A DNA stretch of 64,000 nt from a virus. This document shows, piece by piece, positions 56,431 through 64,000 of the stretch. The DNA lies in IMG/VR virus record IMGVR_UViG_3300014834_000354, positions 37,254 to 101,253 of that record. One strand, given 5' to 3'. The notes beneath the pieces are model-generated. The model did not search any database, was not told the DNA's origin, and saw only the letters and a program-made list of their open reading frames with translations. Each line of letters starts with the position of its first letter. Position 1 is the first letter of the stretch. Made by a program: the position numbers and the translations under genes.

Positions 56431-57122
56431 CAGATTTCTCCGGAGTATAATGTTGCTGGAATTCCTACATTCGAAAGATAATGAAGAAGATCATAAATTT
56501 TTATAGGTTCTGGCGTAATGTGTACACCATTTTTATGCGTAGCAGCTATCAACAACGGCAAATTATTATGTAAACAATCAATACAGATCAAAAACACGCC
56601 GGTGGCTCGATATCTTTTCCCACTGGCTTTTGTAGTACAGGTAATATATGCCTCCATTCTTTCTTGCTGAATTCCTAGAACTGGCAAATATTCATCATCA
56701 CTTAAAACGCCCTGAACCAACATTGGCTTAATATCGTATACGTCATCATGTTCTAATAACTTTTTTGGCCACATAGAACCACAATTGACATTATTACACA
56801 CTGCACTATTTTCAATTAATATAAATTTCTCGCTTATTTTGTCAGAAACAGATTCTATGTATTGAATTGCAGCCAATATTCGAATGGCCGAAGAAGCGTT
56901 CACGGTGAGCGGAAGAATAAAAACATTGCTGTAAGCCATACCTGCTTGCAGCTTTGTTAGGCGTCCTTGTTCCTCTTTTAATTTATGAGGAGGAACCACA
57001 ATGAAAGTACGCCGCGCTTCAAGAAATGGAAGCACCGCACTTTCCAAATTCCCGACGGATTTCATTATGATAACATCAACTTCGCTTAACAACATTTTAG
57101 AATTCTCTATGAAGAGCCTCAC
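56430..57122 (-). CDS. hypothetical protein, possibly a degenerate GT-A/sugar nucleotidyltransferase fold
   Basis: VFILPLTVNASSAIRILAA and ATGVFLI echo mannose-1-P guanylyltransferase motifs; canonical GxGxR absent. Confidence 0.35.
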   Translation of the reverse strand: MRLFIENSKMLLSEVDVIIMKSVGNLESAVLPFLEARRTFIVVPPHKLKEEQGRLTKLQAGMAYSNVFILPLTVNASSAIRILAAIQYIESVSDKISEKFILIENSAVCNNVNCGSMWPKKLLEHDDVYDIKPMLVQGVLSDDEYLPVLGIQQERMEAYITCTTKASGKRYRATGVFLICIDCLHNNLPLLIAATHKNGVHITPEPIKIYDLLHYLSNVGIPATLYSGEI

Positions 57123-57648
57123 CTAAAATTTTCTTGGGATCTTTGAAATTTCCATTACCATCATGCACATCAATTATAATCTTGTTTGGGAATATTGACT
57201 TTTTAAATGCGCTAATAAAATCTTTCTGTTCTTCTTCTTTCTTGCTAAAATCGAAACTTAGGCCATCATCAACAATAAAATCAAAATTGCTGGTGGTCAA
57301 AAGAATCATTTTGACGTGAGACATTTCATCGGCGCCATATTTTTCTTCAAGCTCAAATACGTAATCACCAGAATAATTTCGATAACGTGGTGAATACACG
57401 GTTTCGCCAAGATGGAACCTGTCAAAGATAACCGGAATGCACGAGGCCAATGTTTGAAATCCAACTTCAAACGAGGCCTGCTGATAGTTTTCTAGAAAAT
57501 TGCTGCTGGATTTAAAATAAGCATTTAACTTTTTTGGCTTTTCATAATGATAATACATTCTGAAACCACATTCTTGTTGAATGTTTTCGATCAGAGTTCC
57601 TTTTCCTAATCGGTCCAAGCCTTCAATTATAAATGCTGTAGCTGTCAT
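57097..57648 (-). CDS. thymidylate-kinase-like dNMP kinase
   Basis: IIEGLDRLGKGT and IFDRFHLGETVY. Confidence 0.82.
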   Translation of the reverse strand: MTATAFIIEGLDRLGKGTLIENIQQECGFRMYYHYEKPKKLNAYFKSSSNFLENYQQASFEVGFQTLASCIPVIFDRFHLGETVYSPRYRNYSGDYVFELEEKYGADEMSHVKMILLTTSNFDFIVDDGLSFDFSKKEEEQKDFISAFKKSIFPNKIIIDVHDGNGNFKDPKKILGEALHREF

Positions 57649-57651
57649 AAT

Positions 57652-59370
57652 TTAGTCCTCATCACTTTCTAATAACGTGGTGTATTTTGTTTCAAACTCA
57701 TTTTTCCAGATATTATCATCAGAATTCCATAACCATCTAATGTTGTTATCAAGAAAATATGTAGTGCAATGGTCATTCTGAGATCTAACAGACCTGCCGC
57801 AACCCTGAACAATCTTTAAAATTGTATTGAGAGAATAAATGTCTTTATGATTTTCGGCTATATATTTTATTCTATTATCTCCGAGAGAGGCATATGGCGC
57901 TTTAACAATTATCTGAAAGCGTGAAGCATCATCTGGCAAGTCAACACCTTCAAAAAGTGAAGGTGATATTAACACCGCAAATTCTTTCGTTTCTTTAAGC
58001 CTAAACAGCAGCGGCGATAGCTGTTCGCCACGTTGATGTTCTATTACATTTTTAATATTAGCTTTTTTGAGTTTCGCAGCAATGCGGCTCGCAAGAGCAA
58101 AGCTTGGTGTTTGAATGATACCTTTTTCTTGTTTTCCTTCATGATGCTTGGTGATTGCTAAAGTATTCGCATCAATCTGCGACATGGTCTTTTCATCTTG
58201 CATCGTTTTATAACTTAAACCAACCGGCTTATAAAAAATAACTTTTTTGTTTTTTGGCGGAAATGTTGGCGGCAGCTGAATTACCTTAAGTTTAGATTGA
58301 TCCAAACCGAGCGTAGTAGTTAACAGCTTTCCGGTTATCGTGGCCGACATGAACAAGTTGTAGTTAGAAATTCTTAAAGCCCTATCAAACATCTTGCCGA
58401 TAAAGATTGGTTTAACCGTAAATTCATCCTCAGCTGGCTGAATGACATGCTCATACTTATATTTTAGCAGATCATCAATCTTACAGCCTAGGCCATAATA
58501 CTTTTTATGGAGCCGAGAAAATTTCGAAAAAGCTTCAAATGAGCTAATGCTCTTTGTTAGCTCTTTCTCAAGCGCGTTAGCTGCGCTGCTGTACGCCTCA
58601 TTCAATTCGGTTAGAACATCAATATAATTATGTTGACCAAGATCCCCGTCCTGAAGAAGCGCTTTTATCTCTTTGAAAGTTTTATAAACTTGTGGATTAA
58701 AAGACTTAAGCGCGGTGCTAAGTTCTTCAGCATTTTTAATTAATGATTTTGTTGAAAAATGAATTGCGTTATGATCAGTGAACGCATCATTCAACACATG
58801 AGCCTCATCAAAAATCATCATTTGACGTTTTTCAAGTGGCATTTTAGAATAAAGTCGGTCTATGAAAAAATAAGAATAGTTTGTTATTAGGTGCCGATTA
58901 TTATTTCTATTTTCACGGACACACTTATATTCACAGTTTGAGCAATGTGTATCTCGTAGTTGAGCCCCTTCGACTGGCATCTTTTTAAGAAGAGGCAAGA
59001 CACAATCTTCACCAGTGTAACCAGAGCCCAACACGTCACAGCGGTATTGCACTGCGCCCTTAATCTGCATGAAGCTCGGATCATCCGAAAACGCGTTATG
59101 ATATTGATTCACCAAAACGTTATTGTGCATCAGAATAATCGAGGCAAGTTGTTGTTTCCCTGGATTCTTGATATTCGAAAGAGCTGAAGCTGCCGCAGCG
59201 CCAATCAACGATTTTCCAGTGCCTGTCGGCGCGTTCAACACCACGTCATTAAAGCCTTCATCGAGGAAGGTCGTGAGCAGCTTTTGCACGTATTCTATTT
59301 GGCCAGGTCTTGGCTCGAATCCCAATTCGGCAAATGCCTCTTCTGCTTCTATTCTATACTTCACAAACAC
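57652..59370 (-). CDS. DinG/XPD-family SF2 helicase
   Basis: PRPGQ, APTGTGKS, four-Cys cluster, DEAH, MSAT, EGVDL and QGCGRSVR. Confidence 0.92.
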   Translation of the reverse strand: MFVKYRIEAEEAFAELGFEPRPGQIEYVQKLLTTFLDEGFNDVVLNAPTGTGKSLIGAAAASALSNIKNPGKQQLASIILMHNNVLVNQYHNAFSDDPSFMQIKGAVQYRCDVLGSGYTGEDCVLPLLKKMPVEGAQLRDTHCSNCEYKCVRENRNNNRHLITNYSYFFIDRLYSKMPLEKRQMMIFDEAHVLNDAFTDHNAIHFSTKSLIKNAEELSTALKSFNPQVYKTFKEIKALLQDGDLGQHNYIDVLTELNEAYSSAANALEKELTKSISSFEAFSKFSRLHKKYYGLGCKIDDLLKYKYEHVIQPAEDEFTVKPIFIGKMFDRALRISNYNLFMSATITGKLLTTTLGLDQSKLKVIQLPPTFPPKNKKVIFYKPVGLSYKTMQDEKTMSQIDANTLAITKHHEGKQEKGIIQTPSFALASRIAAKLKKANIKNVIEHQRGEQLSPLLFRLKETKEFAVLISPSLFEGVDLPDDASRFQIIVKAPYASLGDNRIKYIAENHKDIYSLNTILKIVQGCGRSVRSQNDHCTTYFLDNNIRWLWNSDDNIWKNEFETKYTTLLESDED

Positions 59371-59564
59371 TCCTTGACTTTTCGTTTTTATTTCTTGCGC
59401 CCATCACTTGAAAGTTTAATGAGGCTTTTAATCCAATGCACATCATGATCAGAAAATTATCCTTTTCATACATCAATTTTATACCAGTTCTTTCGTGTTG
59501 TACACAGCAGTTTATAGAGAATTCGATAAATAAACTAATGGACACATTATCTGGGGGCGTGTAA

Positions 59565-60020
59565 ATGAAAATAACTGAATTGTTTGGTGAATTGTTTGAA
59601 AATTCAAGACAACCTGGTGAATTTGTTTATCACGCATCACGACTTCCAAATTTAGCTAAAGGCTTAAGAAGTATAATCCAAAAAGGACTTATTCCATCTA
59701 GAGATGGATATCGTGGTCCTGGAGTTTACTTTGCGTATGAACCAGAAGAGGGTTTATATCATGTAGACAAGGATGAAGCCGTGTTCTTCAGAGCCAAATG
59801 GAAACAGCTGGTAGACAAATTTGGTGTTTATCCTGAAAAGGGCGGAATAGAAAGAGATCAAGATGAGATTGTTGTAAGAGGTTCTGTTCCAGCTAACATG
59901 CTTGAAATAGAATACTTCCCAGGAGAATGGTGGGACCTGGAATCCGTGTTACGAGCTGAAACAGCTTATTCTGAATCTCGTGAAACAGATTTAACGGAAG
60001 ATAAAAAGCACGCAGATTGA
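59565..60020 (+). CDS. ADP-ribosyltransferase-fold protein, probably late-expressed
   Basis: VYHAS, SIIQKGLIP, GPGVYFA and QDEIVV; GATAAATA at 59525-59532. Confidence 0.65.
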   Translation: MKITELFGELFENSRQPGEFVYHASRLPNLAKGLRSIIQKGLIPSRDGYRGPGVYFAYEPEEGLYHVDKDEAVFFRAKWKQLVDKFGVYPEKGGIERDQDEIVVRGSVPANMLEIEYFPGEWWDLESVLRAETAYSESRETDLTEDKKHAD

Positions 60021-60045
60021 AATGCGAAGAGGTCTGGCCAGAACT

Positions 60046-61095
60046 TCACGAACACTCCTTGACATTTTTCTTCAATTTTAACATAAAACCTGTCTCAACA
60101 AAAATTCTTTTTTCAACCTGATTAATGTCTAATTCCTTACCAGTTCTTATTCCATCGTGTTCGGTGAAATGTGCGATGTTGTTTTCTTTAGCAACAGCAA
60201 TAATGCAATCCAACACACGTCGTTCATGAGTAAAATATAGCTGCCACCTGCCCCGCGCCGTTTTAACTTCAGCATGTTTTAGGGCTATATGCTGCCACAT
60301 CTCCTTAACATGTTTTCTTAATTTTTTTATTTCAATGTCTTCCTGTAGCGCCAACATTTTAGTGTGTTTTCCATCTATCATCTTGAAGATGGCTGAGCGT
60401 GAATTTGCGGCAAGGCGTGCTTTATTAAAAAGCGCATTAATAATTCTTTTTGCCGTAGCAGGATCGCAGTCTACCAGCTTGCACACATGTTCTCTGAGCG
60501 GTTTCTTATCATTCAAATATGCAAATAACATTTCATGCTTTTCGCGGATCATGCCTGCACTTTCGGCCAATTGCACTAAAATAGATGGTGCACAACATTC
60601 AATGTCGTAATCATGCGGCAGCCCATTTCTTTTCCAAAAAGATTCTTTTACGTCCTTTTGTAAATTTTGAAGTGGGTGCCAATATCTTTCAGAACTTTCT
60701 TTATACTTGTACTCATGTGCCTTAACTTCATCAGCAAATTCATGCTGTACGCTATCAAGCAAATATTTTTTAGATATTTCGGTTGCGGTTAATACTTTTG
60801 TTAATTCTCGGAGCCCAGCTTTATTAACACTATAAGCATATGACTTAGCGCCAGGAACATAACGATCTGGAGCCTTAAGTAACAATTTAGTTCTGAGCCA
60901 ATCACCGAGTTGATTGCCCTTTGGACCAAATACTGCGTTCAACTTGAATGAATGGACAGTTTTTTGTCCCATACCAAGATTTTTAGACGCCCATGAAACA
61001 GCAGCTGCGAGCCGCTGCTTAACACGCAGATCAGAAAAGTTTGGTTCATACTCATCCATAGTTGTTGAATTATCGAATATGACTTCCGGTTTCAA
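60046..61095 (-). CDS. stand-alone PolA-superfamily (TV-Pol-like) polymerase domain
   Basis: RYWHPLQNL, motif A DYDIECCAPSIL, motif B AKRIINALFN and motif C HDG. Confidence 0.65.
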   Translation of the reverse strand: MKPEVIFDNSTTMDEYEPNFSDLRVKQRLAAAVSWASKNLGMGQKTVHSFKLNAVFGPKGNQLGDWLRTKLLLKAPDRYVPGAKSYAYSVNKAGLRELTKVLTATEISKKYLLDSVQHEFADEVKAHEYKYKESSERYWHPLQNLQKDVKESFWKRNGLPHDYDIECCAPSILVQLAESAGMIREKHEMLFAYLNDKKPLREHVCKLVDCDPATAKRIINALFNKARLAANSRSAIFKMIDGKHTKMLALQEDIEIKKLRKHVKEMWQHIALKHAEVKTARGRWQLYFTHERRVLDCIIAVAKENNIAHFTEHDGIRTGKELDINQVEKRIFVETGFMLKLKKNVKECS

Positions 61096-61789
61096 TGAAA
61101 TGTTCTACTAAATAAAACTGGCGCTCATAGACGTGCAAAGATGCTGCATCCCAGACAATTGGACCAAGTGTTAAATTGTCCATGCCACGAGATTTTAACT
61201 CATTCAACAATAATTCAGAAACATGTTTTTGCCAGGCGAAATCATTTCGGTATCCGGCCCAAGCATCGTTTGAACGCATTGACACCAAGCTAATGAGCTG
61301 ATTATCTCGAATGAAATACTGCACGGTGTTAGTACAAATAAAATCACTCATGCCGTCAGTGTTATATTCTACTTGGATATTCGGCCGTGTATAAATCATG
61401 ATTGCTCGGCGGCTAGATGGATCGTTGACCAACGTCTGCGCACAATTGTTAAACTGTGAAAAATTTTCTTCAGAAAAAATGCACCAGCCGTAATTTGAGT
61501 TGATTCGACCATCTGGCGTGGCCACCATCTGCCAGATTTTTGGTGGGCCGCCGGGGATATCATTGACATTCCTTGACATGCTCAGGTACCATTCTTCTTC
61601 GCGCTTGATGTATTCATGATTTATCTCGCCGAAGATAGTGGGCTCATCAGCAATAAATTTTGCACCAATGATTTCGATAGTTTTGGAGCCAGTTTTGTTG
61701 CCATTGACCGTAAAGTCTTGTGAACTCAGAAGATTAGCAAAACCTTTTCTGATATCTGAAACTTTTGCTGAAGGAAAAATAAGTGCCAT
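61070..61789 (-). CDS. gp42: dCMP hydroxymethylase (T4 gp42-like)
   Basis: KTIEIIGA, INSNYGW, SRRAIMIYTRP, DFICTN, MRSND..GYRND and SLHVY; start 61789 with GGGAG RBS. Confidence 0.9.
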   Translation of the reverse strand: MALIFPSAKVSDIRKGFANLLSSQDFTVNGNKTGSKTIEIIGAKFIADEPTIFGEINHEYIKREEEWYLSMSRNVNDIPGGPPKIWQMVATPDGRINSNYGWCIFSEENFSQFNNCAQTLVNDPSSRRAIMIYTRPNIQVEYNTDGMSDFICTNTVQYFIRDNQLISLVSMRSNDAWAGYRNDFAWQKHVSELLLNELKSRGMDNLTLGPIVWDAASLHVYERQFYLVEHFIETGSHIR

Positions 61790-61910
61790 ATGATACTCCC
61801 ATGAATAACAATTCTTATGTATTATATCATTTCGTGCCGCCACAAATGAAAATGTTACTAAACTATTTGGTTAATATAGGTGTTTTTATTTTTATGCTAG
61901 ACATAAATCA

Positions 61911-61918
61911 TATAAATA
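61911..61918 (+). promoter_or_regulatory. late promoter TATAAATA
   Basis: Exact consensus before the tail fibre gene. Confidence 0.75.
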
Positions 61919-61954
61919 AAGCCTATAATAGACAATTCTATCAGGAATAACAAT

Positions 61955-63421
61955 ATGGCGGCGCCACCAATTATTTTCAAGCAGTCAAAAGATCCTTTAC
62001 AGAATACAGGTACTAGCACCATAGCAACAATCGGTGATATTTGGATTGACTTGAATGATGTTCCAGCAACAATAAAAACATTAGTCACCGCAACTGGCGG
62101 CGTAGCATATTGGGCTGTCAAAAAATCTGAGATTTTGGGTTCAGAAATTTCATTGTCTGGACAAACTGCAAAATCGATCGATTCTGATGAATCTATTCTA
62201 TTCAAAATAAACGGCGCAAACAAATTTAAAATATCAAGCGCCACTATTCCAAGCGGCACGATACGGATTGGAGAATTGTCAACAACTACTATAGTTCCAC
62301 CAAGCTGGGATCAATTATCTATTGCAAATCCTGAATCAGAAATAAATGTTACTCCAGTTCCGTATGATGCATATTCACGTGTTAATGTTACAAATTTCTC
62401 GGATGAGAGTGGTGGCGGTTTCGTGTTTAAAGTTGGTGATGAGAAGTTGTTATCATTACGCCCACTTGCGACCCCACGCCTTAATTTGTCAAATATGCTA
62501 GCAGCGCCAGTAGAAGGCCAAATTGTAATTGGAGATTCAACTCCTGCATATGATGATATGGATACCGCGACCATCGGCTCTGCAAAATTGGTCATCAATG
62601 GCAATATGGTTATTGGTAATAGTTCAAAAGCTAATTTCATCGCTTTTAGGGGAACCGAAGGAGATGACATAATTGGGCATACATATATTGGTGAAAGGCT
62701 TCGCTCCGATTATCCAGCAGGTTCAGAAGGTTCTGAATTAATACTTTTCAAAGGTAATGATGCGCAGCCCGGTGTTAATGTGGATAGGATTCGTCACATT
62801 GCTGCAAATCATGTGTTCCAAACGTGGGGTCCGGATTCAAGCGTAGCCGGAACATTTAATCAAATTGCAACAACATCTACCGCAAAAACCAGATTTTCAA
62901 TCTCTCCTGGCGGTCGAGATGGAGTTACTCCAGTTGTTATTGTTGGTGATCCGCAGATACCTTTTCCATCTGGACCTGGGTCTCAGCCAGAATTTGCAGT
63001 TTATGGAAATGCACAAATAACGCAGTCACTTTCTGTCGCTGGCAACACGTTTTTAACAGGATTGGCAACCGTAACAGCTTTAGCTAATCTTTATGTTGAC
63101 GGTGCCGGAAAATTATACAAGGCTGATTCAGTTGGTTTTGCTTTTGAATCATTATTATCTCAGTCCGGATATCAAAAGCTGCCAAGTGGAATGATCATAC
63201 AGTGGGGACTTTTAACAATTCCACAAAATGGCGTCGTGAATACGACATTCCCAATAGCTTTTAACACGGTTTTTGGTGTAGTACTTACGTCAAATTCTGG
63301 AACTAACACCGGCGCCGCAAGTTCTAACTATAAAGCAGTCGCAAATGTGACAACTACAGGGTTTCAAGGCCAATCTGCTGAAGGAAACAGAGCTAACTTC
63401 TGGATTGCATTTGGCAGCTAA
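61955..63421 (+). CDS. tail fibre protein
   Basis: Gly/Thr-rich; C-terminal GYQKLPSGMIIQWG...FPIAF...FWIAFG domain. Confidence 0.85.
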   Translation: MAAPPIIFKQSKDPLQNTGTSTIATIGDIWIDLNDVPATIKTLVTATGGVAYWAVKKSEILGSEISLSGQTAKSIDSDESILFKINGANKFKISSATIPSGTIRIGELSTTTIVPPSWDQLSIANPESEINVTPVPYDAYSRVNVTNFSDESGGGFVFKVGDEKLLSLRPLATPRLNLSNMLAAPVEGQIVIGDSTPAYDDMDTATIGSAKLVINGNMVIGNSSKANFIAFRGTEGDDIIGHTYIGERLRSDYPAGSEGSELILFKGNDAQPGVNVDRIRHIAANHVFQTWGPDSSVAGTFNQIATTSTAKTRFSISPGGRDGVTPVVIVGDPQIPFPSGPGSQPEFAVYGNAQITQSLSVAGNTFLTGLATVTALANLYVDGAGKLYKADSVGFAFESLLSQSGYQKLPSGMIIQWGLLTIPQNGVVNTTFPIAFNTVFGVVLTSNSGTNTGAASSNYKAVANVTTTGFQGQSAEGNRANFWIAFGS

Positions 63422-63436
63422 TTGAAAGGGAAAAAT

Positions 63437-63844
63437 ATGTTTTATTCGCCATCAGCTAGAGGTTTTTATTTACGAGAAATTCATGGAGATAATATTCCAG
63501 AAGACTGTCTAGAAATTTCTCTAGAAGAACACGCCGCGCTTTTGGATGGCCAATCTAAGGGAAAAGAGATTGTTCCAGATGAAACTGGTAAACCAGTTTT
63601 AGCCGACCCTCAAAAAATTGTGCCAGGATATGTAAGCGCAAAACAGATAAGATTAGCGCTGCTGAAACGCAATCTATTAGATGATGTTGAACAACTGTTT
63701 AAAAGCGATAGAGCTTTAGAAATTGATTGGACATACGCAACAACATTTTTGCGTGATGGCCCAGTGGTAAAAGGTATGGCGACAGCGTTTAACATGTCAG
63801 AACAGGACCTTGATGATTTTTTCTCAGAAGCACACACTTTCTAA
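63437..63844 (+). CDS. tail fibre assembly chaperone
   Basis: MFYSPSARGFY...IPEDCLEIS...GKEIVPDETGKPVL; follows the fibre gene. Confidence 0.8.
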   Translation: MFYSPSARGFYLREIHGDNIPEDCLEISLEEHAALLDGQSKGKEIVPDETGKPVLADPQKIVPGYVSAKQIRLALLKRNLLDDVEQLFKSDRALEIDWTYATTFLRDGPVVKGMATAFNMSEQDLDDFFSEAHTF

Positions 63845-63923
63845 AATTATTATCGCATTAAATAAATTAAAGAAGCATTTCCAAAATAACCTTAACCGTC
63901 CAAGATTAGAAGAGAAATAGCAA

Positions 63924-64000
63924 ATGAAGATATACGGCATTAACATGGCAGAAGGATCAACGCTAACCAATTTAGTGGTGGCTACTGGTTCTGGATTTCC
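63924..64000 (+). CDS. start of a probable structural protein (partial)
   Basis: MKIYGINMAEGS..., open to the window end. Confidence 0.55.
   Translation, partial: MKIYGINMAEGSTLTNLVVATGSGF

Noticed and set aside
59312-59323. tRNA T-loop-like GGCTCGAATCCC
   Set aside because: It lies inside the helicase CDS with no cloverleaf. I found no tRNA in the window by eye.
204-61111. Numerous plus-strand ORFs in the track antisense to minus-strand genes
   Set aside because: Shadow frames of real genes. Only 22387, 59565 and those from 61955 onward have promoter or RBS support.

Overview
This window is 64 kb of an AT-rich, gene-dense, large T4-like (probably jumbo) myophage genome, transcribed almost entirely on the minus strand in the standard genetic code. 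The left and central parts carry a replication module: RNase H, a probable sliding clamp, DsbA, a family-B DNA polymerase broken into two genes joined by a split intein with a free-standing Vsr-like endonuclease between them, and both topoisomerase II subunits. Nucleotide and DNA-modification enzymes include ThyA, a T4 gp42-like dCMP hydroxymethylase, three NMP-kinase-like proteins, a deaminase and two MazG-like proteins. Two RNA ligases are present, along with host-type genes for isocitrate lyase, leucyl aminopeptidase, ClpP and PhoH. About 33-56 kb is an early/accessory region of many small ORFs behind repeated TTTACA-N17-TATAAT promoters. It holds most members of a dispersed family of more than 10 short paralogues and a roughly 600-nt promoter-driven, highly structured, apparently non-coding element (about 36565-37181) containing an exact 126-bp tandem duplication. 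That element is the best candidate for an undescribed system. The right end has a DinG-like helicase, an ADP-ribosyltransferase-like gene, a stand-alone PolA-superfamily (TV-Pol-like) polymerase and tail fibre genes. All calls come from motif recognition by eye; no searches were run.
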